Of a DNA stretch of 49,828 nucleotides, positions 36,348 to 46,429 are shown in pieces. Location of the stretch: contig JAICMD010000001.1 in the NCBI GenBank assembly GCA_025929405.1, forward strand, positions 1 through 49,828, given 5' to 3'. Under the pieces are notes generated by a model, which saw only the letters and a list, made by a program, of their open reading frames with translations, searched no databases and was not told the origin of the DNA. Numbering within the stretch: position 1 is the stretch's first letter; each line of letters begins with the position of its first letter. This DNA is from Mucilaginibacter sp. (GTDB lineage: Bacteria; Bacteroidota; Bacteroidia; Sphingobacteriales; Sphingobacteriaceae). The position numbers and the translations under genes are program-made.

Positions 36348-38239
36348 GATTCCTTTACCTCCAATACTTCCAGTTTGCCATGTTTCTTGAGTTCGTATTC
36401 CTTGACCATTAAAAAGATCAAGGGGGTGACCAATAAAATATGGGTGGAAGAAGTTAAAACCCCACCGATCATCGGCAGTACGATCGGCAGCATCACATCG
36501 CTGCCTGTCCCGGTCGCCCAAAGCACAGGCACCAAACCAAACAGCGCCACGCAAACCGTCATCAGTTTTGGCCGCAGGCGTTTGACCGCGCCATTCATCA
36601 CGTATTCCCGCAGATCAGCTTTGGTGATGGTTGCTGCACTGTTGCCTTTCAGGGCCACTAATTGCTGCATGGCATCATTCAGGTAGATCACCATCACGAT
36701 ACCCGTTTCTACCGCGATACCAAATAAGGCGATAAAGCCGACAGCTACAGCAACCGACAAATGAACCCCGAAGAAATACACCATATAAGCCCCGCCGATC
36801 AAAGCGAAGGGGATAGAGATCAGGCTGAAGAATGCTTCACGGATGGAATGGAATGCAAAATACAAACAGGCGAAAATGATGATCAATACAATCGGTAAGA
36901 TCAACTTTAAAGTATGTTCGGCGCGAATCAGGTTTTCATACTGGCCGCTCCATTCGATATAATAACCTTTGGGCAGCATTTTAATCATTGCATTTAGCTT
37001 TTCCTGCGCTTCTTTGACCGTGCTGCCGAGGTCGCGGTCGCGCACGTTAAACAGTACTGTTCCTCTTAGTAGTGCATTTTCGGATTGGATCATGGCCGGG
37101 CCATCGCTAATTTTAATGTCAGTTACCGATGATAAGGGTATCGGTCCGTTATTCATGGTTTGTACCAAGGTGCCTTTGATCGCCTCCACGCTGTTCCGGT
37201 AATCCTGCGCGAAACGGACATTGATGCTAAAGCGCTGCCGTCCCTCTACCGTTTTGGTCAGGCTCATCCCGCCCAAAGCGCTTTCCACTACTTCGTTGAT
37301 ATCATCCACACTTAAACCGTAGCGGCCAATGGCCTCTTTATTCACCTGGATATCCAAATACTTGCCGCCGGTGATGGGGTCAACATATAAGTCCTTTACC
37401 CCGTTTACACCCTGTAAGGACGTTTTCATTTGGGTGGCCAAAGCATTGATCGTATCTAAATTCTGCCCGTAAATCTTTAGGCCTACATCGGTGCGGATAC
37501 CGGTAGATAGCATATTGATGCGGTTAATGATGGGTTGTGTCCAGCCGTTCACCACGCCGGGTATTTGCAGCTTGGCGTTCAGCTCATTGATAATATCTTC
37601 TTTTTTGATGCCCTTGCGCCATTCCTCTTTGGGCTTTAACAGGATGATCGTTTCCGTCATACTGATCGGCGAATTATCCGTAGCCGTGTTCGCGCGGCCT
37701 GCTTTTCCCAGTACGCTTTTTACTTCGGGTACGCTTTTAATGATCTTATCCTGTACCTGTAATAACTGCTTGGCCTGGGCATTGGATACATCCGGTTGGG
37801 TAACCGGCATAAACAGGATCGTTCCCTCATCCAACGGCGGCATAAACTCGCTGCCCAAACTTAATAGCAACGGAATACTGATTACAAGTGCAATGATGTT
37901 GATACCAATAGTTGTTTTACGCCAGGTCACACACCAGTTGAGTATCGGGCGGTAAATCCTTTCCAGCCCACGATTGAGCGGGTTATGGTCATCTGTTCTT
38001 AATTTCCCTTTTAAAAAGAAAGAGATCAGGACCGGTGCCAGCGTTACGGCAAGGATGGCATCAATTGCCAGTATAAAGGTCTTTGTCCAGGCTAAGGGCC
38101 CAAACAGCTTACCCTCTTGTCCCTCCAGTAAAAATACCGGCAGGAAAGAAGCGACGATGATCAGTGTTGAAAAGAACACCCCACGACCCACTTGCTTGCA
38201 GGAGGCTTCTATGATTTTTATGCGTTCTGCCAGAATCAT
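36344..38239 (-). CDS. cusA: CusA-family RND permease, C-terminal part (from TM5)
   Basis: SFLPVFLLEGQEGKLFGPLA, GSEFMPPLDEG, GAVKRLRPKLMT, GTGSDVMLPI. Confidence 0.9.
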   Translation of the reverse strand: MILAERIKIIEASCKQVGRGVFFSTLIIVASFLPVFLLEGQEGKLFGPLAWTKTFILAIDAILAVTLAPVLISFFLKGKLRTDDHNPLNRGLERIYRPILNWCVTWRKTTIGINIIALVISIPLLLSLGSEFMPPLDEGTILFMPVTQPDVSNAQAKQLLQVQDKIIKSVPEVKSVLGKAGRANTATDNSPISMTETIILLKPKEEWRKGIKKEDIINELNAKLQIPGVVNGWTQPIINRINMLSTGIRTDVGLKIYGQNLDTINALATQMKTSLQGVNGVKDLYVDPITGGKYLDIQVNKEAIGRYGLSVDDINEVVESALGGMSLTKTVEGRQRFSINVRFAQDYRNSVEAIKGTLVQTMNNGPIPLSSVTDIKISDGPAMIQSENALLRGTVLFNVRDRDLGSTVKEAQEKLNAMIKMLPKGYYIEWSGQYENLIRAEHTLKLILPIVLIIIFACLYFAFHSIREAFFSLISIPFALIGGAYMVYFFGVHLSVAVAVGFIALFGIAVETGIVMVIYLNDAMQQLVALKGNSAATITKADLREYVMNGAVKRLRPKLMTVCVALFGLVPVLWATGTGSDVMLPIVLPMIGGVLTSSTHILLVTPLIFLMVKEYELKKHGKLEVLEVKES

Positions 38240-39510
38240 GACTTTTCTTTTTGTTGTGCGATGGATAAGTTGCGGTGCGAATTTTCGACCATGACGATGC
38301 CGTTATCTACAATGACACCGATGGCTAAGGCGATACCCGTTAAGGACATGATATTGGAACTGATGCCAAAAGCATTTAATAATATAAAGCTTGCAGCAAT
38401 GGTGATCGGTATTTGAATAATGATGCTTAAAGCACTTCGCCAGCTAAACAGGAACAGGATAACGATAATGGAAACGGTGATCATTTCCTCAATTAAGGTA
38501 TGCTTGACCGAGTTAACCGCGTCTTCAATGAGCTCGCTACGGTCATAAGCGATCTTGAACGATACGCCTTGTGGTAAGCCTTTTTGAATATCCGCCATTT
38601 TAGCCTTTACGGCGTGGATCACTTTATCCGCATTCTCGCCATAGCGCATCACGACGATACCGCCGACTGCTTCACCATCTCCGTTCCGGTCAAATATGCC
38701 GAGGCGTTCATCGCCGCCCATTTGGACGGTGGCCACATCTTTGATTTTTACGGGGATGGAGTTAATCACGCCAACAGGGATATTTTCGACATCAGCAAAG
38801 CTTTTGATATAGCCCAGGCCACGGACAATATAGCCCGTGCCGTTCATTTCAAACTTGCGCCCGCCTACATCATTGTTATTGCTTTTTACGGCCTTTAAAA
38901 CTTGTGATAAGGGGATGTTATAATAATTCAATTTATGCGGGTCTATACTGACCTGGTATTGTTTTTCAAAGCCGCCGAAAGAGGCCACTTCGCTGACACC
39001 GGGTACGGTTTGCAAGCCCAGCTTCACATACCAGTCCTGTAAGGCACGCTGTTCGCCCAGGTCCATGCCTTTAGCATCAAGGGTGTACCATAGGATATGG
39101 CCCACACCTGTACCATCCGGCCCCAATGTTGGCGTGATCCCTTCCGGCAATAAACGCTGCGCATAGTTTAATCGCTCCAAAACCCGGCTTCGCGCCCAGT
39201 ACACATCGGCTTTGTCCTCAAAAACGATATACACAAAGCTCATCCCGAACATTGAAGTCGCGCGGATCGCTTTTACTTTGGGGATGCCTTGCAGGTTACT
39301 CACCAATGGGTAAGTCACCTGGTCTTCCATGATCTGCGGGCTTCGCCCTTGCCATTCGGTGAATACGATCACCTGGTTATCCGACAGGTCGGGAATGGCA
39401 TCTATCGGGTTTTCCTTAACCGCATAAGCGCCCCAGGCAAAAAGCCCGATAGCAGCTATTAGTACGAGATACCTGTTTTTTAAAGACAGGGTAATCAATT
39501 GGTTAATCAT
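38236..39510 (-). CDS. cusA: CusA-family RND permease, N-terminal part (TM1-TM4)
   Basis: DAIPDLSDNQVIV, EDQVTYPL, DVYWARSRVLE, NIMSLTGIALAIGVIVDNGIVMVEN; start ATG 39510. Confidence 0.9.
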   Translation of the reverse strand: MINQLITLSLKNRYLVLIAAIGLFAWGAYAVKENPIDAIPDLSDNQVIVFTEWQGRSPQIMEDQVTYPLVSNLQGIPKVKAIRATSMFGMSFVYIVFEDKADVYWARSRVLERLNYAQRLLPEGITPTLGPDGTGVGHILWYTLDAKGMDLGEQRALQDWYVKLGLQTVPGVSEVASFGGFEKQYQVSIDPHKLNYYNIPLSQVLKAVKSNNNDVGGRKFEMNGTGYIVRGLGYIKSFADVENIPVGVINSIPVKIKDVATVQMGGDERLGIFDRNGDGEAVGGIVVMRYGENADKVIHAVKAKMADIQKGLPQGVSFKIAYDRSELIEDAVNSVKHTLIEEMITVSIIVILFLFSWRSALSIIIQIPITIAASFILLNAFGISSNIMSLTGIALAIGVIVDNGIVMVENSHRNLSIAQQKEKS

Positions 39511-39553
39511 CTTAATTACTTTAATCAGCCCCGCTTGCACGGGGCTGATAGAT

Positions 39554-39802
39554 TTACATTTTCATGGGTGCAGCTTTCTTTTTAACCGGCTTTTTTTCAA
39601 CCAGGGTCATGCCGCATTTCGGGCATTTGCCCGGTTTGTCGCTGATCACTTCCGGGTGCATAGTACATGTATATTGTACTTTCGCTACAGGTTTTACTTT
39701 TTTGGTTTTAGTGGTGTCGGATACCGGGTTTGTGGAGGTTGCAGCAAAAACGGTAGCGGCAGAAAACAGGATGGCAAGAGCCATCAGCATTACTTTTTTC
39801 AT
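39554..39802 (-). CDS. Small secreted heavy-metal-binding-domain protein
   Basis: Signal peptide (VFA), YTCTMHPEVISDKPGKCPKCGMTL. Confidence 0.88.
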   Translation of the reverse strand: MKKVMLMALAILFSAATVFAATSTNPVSDTTKTKKVKPVAKVQYTCTMHPEVISDKPGKCPKCGMTLVEKKPVKKKAAPMKM

Positions 39803-39924
39803 GTTGTTAAAATTTGAAAATGGATAAATAACATAGGTAAACCCTATGCGTGAGTTATGAATTAAGATGGATTACAAAGGAAAATATAGCCGGGTACAGA
39901 GCGTACGGGCTAAGAAAGTGCAGG

Positions 39925-40293
39925 TCAGATCCTGTAGGCGCAGTTCAAGGTATAAATCGGTATGTCAGGGTTTCCCGGCGGAGCGTTTGCCTGATAGCCA
40001 ATACGATGAGCTGGTTCGGTCAGTATAATAACCGAAGTCCAATAGACAGGTGCCGGTAATATCGCCGGAGTGGACGAACCTAACACAGTGGTGTTCACGG
40101 TAACATGGCTGTCCTTTATCTTAAAGCTTTTGCTTTCGTGTTTACAGCAATTGTCTTTATCGGTATGATCTGCCGAAGCGTAAGTAAGCGTAACCGAAGT
40201 GAGTTTTCCGCAGCAATAAAACCGGTTTACCCCGATACCCATCAGGGATAACAGGTAAATAGTCGTTAGCAATAAGAGTGCGGTGCGTTTCAC
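39925..40293 (-). CDS. HYC_CC_PP-type protein (leader-like, Cys-rich)
   Basis: N-terminal TM, RFYCCGK, DNCCK, ANAPP, IYTLNCAYRI C-terminus. Confidence 0.75.
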   Translation of the reverse strand: MKRTALLLLTTIYLLSLMGIGVNRFYCCGKLTSVTLTYASADHTDKDNCCKHESKSFKIKDSHVTVNTTVLGSSTPAILPAPVYWTSVIILTEPAHRIGYQANAPPGNPDIPIYTLNCAYRI

Positions 40294-40375
40294 AAATCGA
40301 AAATACTAATTTTATTTAATAAAGACATAAACGGCGCCGCCCCGGTTTAGGGGCGGCTCGTTATTTTATAGCAAA

Positions 40376-40567
40376 TTACAATTTACATTTAGTCTTACAT
40401 TCTCCTGAATCCTTACACGTTTTACTGCAATAATCTTTGCAGTTTGGACCGCATCCCTTTGCGCATTTTGAACAGGTAATTTTGCTGTTGCAGCAAGGGG
40501 TATTGGCATAAGTAACAGATATAACTGATAATAGCATCACCATGGTGATGAAAAGATACATTTTCAT
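40376..40567 (-). CDS. Small secreted Cys-rich (metallothionein-like) protein
   Basis: Signal peptide ending TYA, mature ~42 aa with 10 Cys; A-rich translation initiation region. Confidence 0.7.
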   Translation of the reverse strand: MKMYLFITMVMLLSVISVTYANTPCCNSKITCSKCAKGCGPNCKDYCSKTCKDSGECKTKCKL

Positions 40568-40632
40568 GATTTTTTGAATTTTATAACTTAATAATTAAAC
40601 GATCGGCCAATCGGGATTGACCGGGTTTGGAA

Positions 40633-40974
40633 TTAACTATTAAGCTTTGGCGGGTTCCAGTCATTGTTCTGGTAATCTGACAATTCACCCACAGCAAAAG
40701 GACGGGCAGCACGATCTTTCAGATCGGTTATTGCCGGTGAAAGAGAAACAGAGGAAATAATCGTAAAACTACAGGTGCCGCAAGACAGCATGGCATTACA
40801 GGTACCTTTTGCACAATTGTTATCAGAATGTTGCTTTTGCTGTTTACAGCAATCCTTCTGCGCACTTTGTTTGCAGTAAGATGTTGATGCCTTAGTATGC
40901 AAAGTGTTTGCCATCCCCGACACCGAGGATAGGAACAGAATACATAAGGTAAAGAAAACAGCGAGATACTTCAT
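40633..40974 (-). CDS. Cys-rich exported leader-like protein ending in WNPP
   Basis: Hydrophobic N-terminus, DCCK..NCAKGTCNAMLSCGTC, DWNPPKLNS. Confidence 0.7.
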   Translation of the reverse strand: MKYLAVFFTLCILFLSSVSGMANTLHTKASTSYCKQSAQKDCCKQQKQHSDNNCAKGTCNAMLSCGTCSFTIISSVSLSPAITDLKDRAARPFAVGELSDYQNNDWNPPKLNS

Positions 40975-41041
40975 TATGTGTTAAACTTATATTTTATAAA
41001 AATATTGTAATAAACTGCGTTATCCTTTAATCCATTATCCG

Positions 41042-41098
41042 CCAAGGTACGGATACATCGGTGGGGTCAGTTTATATAATTCCGTTAAAAATTTATAT
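41042..41098 (-). promoter_or_regulatory. Promoter with 21-bp-spaced direct repeat operator
   Basis: ttatataat (41072) / ttatat (41093) upstream of a TAccTTGG -7-like box (41042-41049); same layout as at 48082-48140. Confidence 0.55.
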
Positions 41099-41107
41099 CC
41101 TTTTGTA

Positions 41108-43198
41108 CTAAGTTTTTACTTTTAACAGGCTGGCGTTGATTGCGACAACGACCGTGCTGACGGTCATTAATACGGCCCCTGCTGCCGGGCTTAGAACAAT
41201 GCCTTGGTTATAAAGCACACCGGCTGCCAGTGGAAGTGCAATTACATTATACCCGGTTGCCCAGGCCAGGTTCTGTACCATTTTACGATAAGTTGCCTTT
41301 CCAAACAGGATCAAACTGACAATATCTTTAGGATTGCTGTTCACTAATACAATACCGGCAGTCTCCGCCGCTATATCACTGCCAGATCCGACTGCGATGC
41401 CAATATCTGCCTGCGCCAGCGCAGGGGCATCATTAACCCCGTCACCGGTCATGGCCACAAACTCTCCCTTGCTTTGCAATTCTTTGATCTTTTCCAATTT
41501 TTGATGAGGTAATACTTCAGCGATAAAGCTATCCATGCCCAAAGTTTTACTTACACTGACGGCTACTTTTTGATTATCTCCTGTGAGTAAAATAGATTTG
41601 ATGTGTTCATCTTTTAGCGTATTGATGGCTGCCGCTGATTCAGGACGTAGCTCATCTGATAAAGCAATATATCCGGCCGGTTTCTTGTCCATGAGTACAA
41701 ATACGACCGTTTCCGTGTCGTTGGCTGTAAAGCTCTCCGGTATAGCTAATTGATGTTCTTTTAAATAACCCGGACTAACTACCATGATCTTTTTACCCAT
41801 AACAGTCGCTTCGACACCCTGACCCGTGATAGCTTTAAAGCTGTCTGCCTTAGGAATATTGATCTTTAGATCCCTCGCTTTTTGCAGGATGCCGGTAGCG
41901 ATAGGGTGTTCTGAATTTTGTTCGAGTGCCGATGCCAGACGAATAAGCTCTTTTTCGTCCAGGTCTTTATCCAGCAACACGATCTTTGATACCTCAAATT
42001 TGCCTACGGTAAGCGTACCGGTCTTATCGAACACGATGGTGGTGATCTTACGGGAGTTTTCAAACGCTGTCCGGTTCTTGATCAATAGACCATGTTTTGC
42101 TGATAAAGCAGTTGATTTGGCAACAACTAAAGGCACAGCCAAACCCAAAGCGTGTGGGCAGCAAATCACGATAACGGTCACCATCCGTTCCATGGCGAAA
42201 GCTAATGTTTGCCCGGTTAAATACCAGTAAAGAAAAGTGCCGATGCCGGTTACCAATGCGATCACAGTTAACCATTTGGCTGCTGTATCTGCTAAAAGCT
42301 GTGTCTGAGATTTGGATTTTTGTGCGTCATCCACCAGTTTAACGACCTGGGACAAATACGAATCCTTAGCCGTATGGGAAACCGTAACCTTAAATGAGCC
42401 ATTGCCGTTAATAGAACCAGCGATCACTTTATCACCTTTTCCTTTTTGTACCGGCTTTGATTCCCCGGTGAGCATGGATTCATTCAGATAACTTTCACCC
42501 TCCAGGATAATCCCGTCGGCCGCGACTTTTTCTCCCGGCTTGACCAAAATAATATCATGCTCTTTTAATGTAGCAGTTTTTACATCCTGAATTTTATCAC
42601 TCATGACCAGGTGCGCATCCGCTGGCATTAACTGCACTAAAAGTTCCAGTTCATTGGACGCGCCCATTACCGAGCGCATTTCCATCCAATGTCCCAGGAG
42701 CATAATCAAAATCAGGGTAGCCAGTTCCCAAAAGAAATCCATGCCCTTTAGCCCAAATACAGTGGCCGCGCTATAGGTATAGGCGACGGTAACCGCAAAA
42801 CCGATCAGGGTCATCATACCCGGGTTTTTAGCCTTCATTTCGCTTAGCCAACCACTTAGAAACGGCCAGCCGCCATAAACAAATACCACAGAAGCCAAAG
42901 CAAAAAGCAGGGCGGATGAACCGCTAAATTGAATGTCCAGGTGCAGCCATTGCTGAATTTGCATAGACAACAAAAGGATTGGAACAGTCAGCACCAATAC
43001 CACATAAAAACGCTTTTTAAAATCAGCGATCATCATAGCGTGATGGTCATGGCCCGACATGCCCATCACGCTATGATGATCGCTGCCATGTTTCATTTTG
43101 CTGTGATCCATCGTATCGGCCTCAGCTTTATGGTCCGCTTGCATATCGGCAGACATTTTATGCCCTCCCATAGCATGATGATCGTGTTGGTTTTTCAT
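41108..43198 (-). CDS. copB: Copper-translocating P1B-type ATPase (CPH motif, His/Met-rich N-terminus; CopB/P1B-3 type)
   Basis: TGES, CCPHALGL, DKTGTLT, SEHP, GDGVNDAP, YN in TM7. Confidence 0.93.
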   Translation of the reverse strand: MKNQHDHHAMGGHKMSADMQADHKAEADTMDHSKMKHGSDHHSVMGMSGHDHHAMMIADFKKRFYVVLVLTVPILLLSMQIQQWLHLDIQFSGSSALLFALASVVFVYGGWPFLSGWLSEMKAKNPGMMTLIGFAVTVAYTYSAATVFGLKGMDFFWELATLILIMLLGHWMEMRSVMGASNELELLVQLMPADAHLVMSDKIQDVKTATLKEHDIILVKPGEKVAADGIILEGESYLNESMLTGESKPVQKGKGDKVIAGSINGNGSFKVTVSHTAKDSYLSQVVKLVDDAQKSKSQTQLLADTAAKWLTVIALVTGIGTFLYWYLTGQTLAFAMERMVTVIVICCPHALGLAVPLVVAKSTALSAKHGLLIKNRTAFENSRKITTIVFDKTGTLTVGKFEVSKIVLLDKDLDEKELIRLASALEQNSEHPIATGILQKARDLKINIPKADSFKAITGQGVEATVMGKKIMVVSPGYLKEHQLAIPESFTANDTETVVFVLMDKKPAGYIALSDELRPESAAAINTLKDEHIKSILLTGDNQKVAVSVSKTLGMDSFIAEVLPHQKLEKIKELQSKGEFVAMTGDGVNDAPALAQADIGIAVGSGSDIAAETAGIVLVNSNPKDIVSLILFGKATYRKMVQNLAWATGYNVIALPLAAGVLYNQGIVLSPAAGAVLMTVSTVVVAINASLLKVKT

Positions 43199-43209
43199 CG
43201 CTGTAAAGT

Positions 43210-45963
43210 TTAATAAGTTAACGTTAATCCGCCTCCCAAGCCCATATCACTATCGTAATGCGTTGATAAAGAGAAATATTTAGTTACAATATACCGTAAA
43301 CCTGCCGCATATTCCTTATCGGTATTGACCATAAGAGTCATACGCAATCTTTGTGCTAACGGTATGTCTTCACGTCCTAATTGAAAGCGTAGCTTTCCGT
43401 TCCCGTCTATCCGCATGTCGGCCACAAATAACATGGGCAGCGTATAAGCGACACCGGCAACGACAGTATGCCGATTTTCCTTGTTACTGACCTGTCCGAA
43501 AAGGTTCTTGTAGTCGCTTCCGAAAATGTTTTTTTCATCCGGGTTGAATTTTTTATAATGATAGTCAAACCCGACATATGGGAACAACCACTGGTTACGT
43601 CCGATGTAACGGCCAAGCATTGTTTCACTTTCGTAACCCATCATGGCATCAGTACCTAAATGCCACATAGTTGTCGCTTTCCAACGCGTGCTGCCTAGCA
43701 TGACCTGTCCGTCCGTGCCGTTACTTTCCAGGCCCACACGACCCATCAGGTGAGGCATCTGATCATCCCAGAACAGTTTACGCTGCGCTAGCTTTGGATC
43801 GGGAATATCAGGGTTCGGCGGTGAGTTCTCATAACTGAATACCCTACCCATGCCGCTCATCATGTGGTATAAGATATGGCAGTGAAAGAACCAGTCACCG
43901 CCCGGCTCACTGGCCGCGAACTCAATGGTATCCTTTTCCATCGGCATAATATCCAGTACATTTTTCATCGGTGCGTACTCACCCTGTCCGTTCAGCACCC
44001 GGAAGTCATGTCCGTGCAGGTGCATCGGGTGGCGCATCATGCTGTTATTATACAGGATGATACGCAGGTTCTCGCCTTTTTTGATCAGTATCTTATCCGA
44101 CTCGGAAACCGTCTTATTATCTAAGGTCCAAACATAGCGGTTCATATTACCGGTGAGATCGAACTTCAATTCGCGCCAGGGACCTTTTGGCAATGTGGTT
44201 TTGTTTGGATCACGCAACATATTATAGTTAAGCGTAACGATGTCAGGGTTATCAGCAGCCATGTTCATGCCGGACATACTTTTGTCATTTGCCATTTGCA
44301 TTCCCGGCATACTTCCTTTTTTATCGTCCGTTTCAGGCTTTTCCTCGCCGGTGATCTCCGGATACATGACGGTATTCATATCCATGATCTGGTTTTGCAT
44401 GGTCATACCATCCATCTGGACCATATTGCCATTCATATCCATCATGTCGTTCATCATTTTCATCCCGGCAAAATATTTCAGTTTCGGCATTTTGCCGGCA
44501 TGTATTTTCTCTCCTTTACCCAACCAAAGCGAAGCCGATTTTGTCCGATCTTCGGGAGTTACCAAAAACTCGTAACTTTTATTTTCAGGTATCGTCACGA
44601 TCACATCATAAGTTTCCGAAACGGCGATGATCAGCCTGTCCACTTCCACCGGTTCCACATCATTACCGTCCGTGGCCACTACGGTCATTTTTCCGCCTGC
44701 ATATTTAAGCCAGAAATAGGATGAAGCGCCGCCATTTGCGATCCGAAGCCTTACTTTATCACCCGCTTTATAATTGGGTTGTTCGTTCTGATTAAGTCCG
44801 TTGATCAAGAAATTATCATAGTAGACATCGCTTACATCCATAGCATTCATCCGCTTCCATTCATTGCCCACCTTCGTTTTGAAATGCCCGGTTTTTATCG
44901 CCTCCAAATAACTTTGGGTAGTACCTTTTTTAATGGCGAACCAATCTGTTGCGGCATGAAGACTGCGTTGTACCTCCTTAGGGTTCATATTGGTCCAGTC
45001 GCTTAACACTAACGGAATTGTTGGAATATCCCATTCCTGTCTTTTATTCATGATGAAGGCACCATACATCCCGATCTGCTCCTGTAAACCCGTATGGCTA
45101 TGGTACCAATGGGTTCCATGTTGTTTGATCGGAAATTTATACAAGTGGGTAGCTCCGGGTGGGATCGGCATTTGCGTCATATTCGGCACTCCGTCATAAC
45201 GGTTAGGAAGAAAAAGCCCGTGCCAGTGCAGAGAAGTTTCTTCTTTGAGTTTGTTATGTACATAGATCTCCGCGGTATCTCCTTCAGTAAAAGTTAACGT
45301 TGGCATAGGAATACTGCCATTGACAGCTATAGCCCTTTTAGGCTTACCGCCATAGGTTACCGTAGTATCTGCGATATACAGGTCATAACGCACGGTCCGA
45401 GGCGGGTATTTGGCGGCTACCGTTTTGAGCGGCCCGAGGCGGTCTTTAGCGCCCTTTGTAGCGGCAGGATCGGCAGGCATGGCCATTCCATCCATTTGCA
45501 TATTTTTCATTTGACCCTCCTTTTTAGCGCTGTCCGCCACGGGCATCTTCATACCGCCTTTCATTTCTATTGCTCCCGCTTGCTCTTGGACGAGTTTCAT
45601 ACCACATTTGGGACAGTTGCCCGGCTTGTCCGAGTGGATATCCGGATGCATCAGGCAAGTATAATAAACCGTGTTCATTGCGGGCGTTTCCCCCATTTGC
45701 ATTTCATTCGTACTCCTGGTTGTTACCGCCTTGCGTCCGCTGCCTACTTTCTTAATGGCCTTCGGCTTTTCTTTGACAAGCTTCATCCCGCATTTCGGGC
45801 AGTTCCCTGGCTTATCCGCATGGATATCCGGATGCATAGGGCAGGTATAAGTGGCCGTTGCCTGTTTTTGCATCCCGGCCATATTCTGCATATCGTTTTG
45901 AGCAAATGACGCTTGCGCCAGGCAGAGCATCACCACCACGATCAATATTTTTTTCATTTTCAT
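43210..45963 (-). CDS. Multicopper oxidase with two N-terminal heavy-metal-binding domains and a C-terminal beta-rich domain
   Basis: HWHG, WYHSH, HPMHLHGH, HCHILYHM; two YTCxMHP..CPKCGM units; Met-rich linkers. Confidence 0.93.
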   Translation of the reverse strand: MKMKKILIVVVMLCLAQASFAQNDMQNMAGMQKQATATYTCPMHPDIHADKPGNCPKCGMKLVKEKPKAIKKVGSGRKAVTTRSTNEMQMGETPAMNTVYYTCLMHPDIHSDKPGNCPKCGMKLVQEQAGAIEMKGGMKMPVADSAKKEGQMKNMQMDGMAMPADPAATKGAKDRLGPLKTVAAKYPPRTVRYDLYIADTTVTYGGKPKRAIAVNGSIPMPTLTFTEGDTAEIYVHNKLKEETSLHWHGLFLPNRYDGVPNMTQMPIPPGATHLYKFPIKQHGTHWYHSHTGLQEQIGMYGAFIMNKRQEWDIPTIPLVLSDWTNMNPKEVQRSLHAATDWFAIKKGTTQSYLEAIKTGHFKTKVGNEWKRMNAMDVSDVYYDNFLINGLNQNEQPNYKAGDKVRLRIANGGASSYFWLKYAGGKMTVVATDGNDVEPVEVDRLIIAVSETYDVIVTIPENKSYEFLVTPEDRTKSASLWLGKGEKIHAGKMPKLKYFAGMKMMNDMMDMNGNMVQMDGMTMQNQIMDMNTVMYPEITGEEKPETDDKKGSMPGMQMANDKSMSGMNMAADNPDIVTLNYNMLRDPNKTTLPKGPWRELKFDLTGNMNRYVWTLDNKTVSESDKILIKKGENLRIILYNNSMMRHPMHLHGHDFRVLNGQGEYAPMKNVLDIMPMEKDTIEFAASEPGGDWFFHCHILYHMMSGMGRVFSYENSPPNPDIPDPKLAQRKLFWDDQMPHLMGRVGLESNGTDGQVMLGSTRWKATTMWHLGTDAMMGYESETMLGRYIGRNQWLFPYVGFDYHYKKFNPDEKNIFGSDYKNLFGQVSNKENRHTVVAGVAYTLPMLFVADMRIDGNGKLRFQLGREDIPLAQRLRMTLMVNTDKEYAAGLRYIVTKYFSLSTHYDSDMGLGGGLTLTY

Positions 45964-45967
45964 TTTT

Positions 45968-46423
45968 CTACAGGCTATCCGTTGTTTGTTTAACCCAGTT
46001 CATCAATTCCGTCTTTTCGATTGGGGAAAGCACCGCGTTGCGATGCAGTAAAGTGTAAGAGGAAAGGGGCATAGCGCCCTCTTCCAAACTTTCACTGATC
46101 GCACGCATTTTGCTCCTCTGCTTTCGTAGTGTGTAGGTACCGAATGCATTAAAGTTCAACTCCGCTTTACCATCCCGGACATGATTATCCATCATCAGCC
46201 TGACTGGTTGTAGCTGGGCATACCAGGGATAATAGGTCTGATCGCTGTGGCAGTCATAGCAGGACCTTTTCAGAATCATACTAACATTCGCTGGAACACG
46301 GTAAACGCTGGTGATGTCATGAACAGGCTGGTTGCCTGCCTCATTATGATCACGCGGGACAAACTGGAGAGCGATCAGCAGCAGGGCTGTCACGCCGAAT
46401 AAGGGTTTAAGCAAACGTTTCAT
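45968..46423 (-). CDS. Haem-binding (c-type, Haem_bd) protein
   Basis: SCYDCHS CxxCH, YPWY, MPLSSY..H. Confidence 0.85.
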   Translation of the reverse strand: MKRLLKPLFGVTALLLIALQFVPRDHNEAGNQPVHDITSVYRVPANVSMILKRSCYDCHSDQTYYPWYAQLQPVRLMMDNHVRDGKAELNFNAFGTYTLRKQRSKMRAISESLEEGAMPLSSYTLLHRNAVLSPIEKTELMNWVKQTTDSL

Positions 46424-46429
46424 GCCGAT

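Noticed and set aside
36348-36554. Extended N-terminus of the TolC ORF in the track
   Set aside because: It overlaps cusA in another frame; the signal peptide starts at ATG 36347 with an ATGA overlap.
38236-38239. cusA pseudogene by frameshift
   Set aside because: A clean ATGA coupling in a cytoplasmic loop with both halves intact favours a functional split, though this is not proven.
43407-46058. Many His-rich antisense ORFs over the oxidase gene
   Set aside because: Reverse complements of Met (ATG to CAT) rich coding sequence; shadows.
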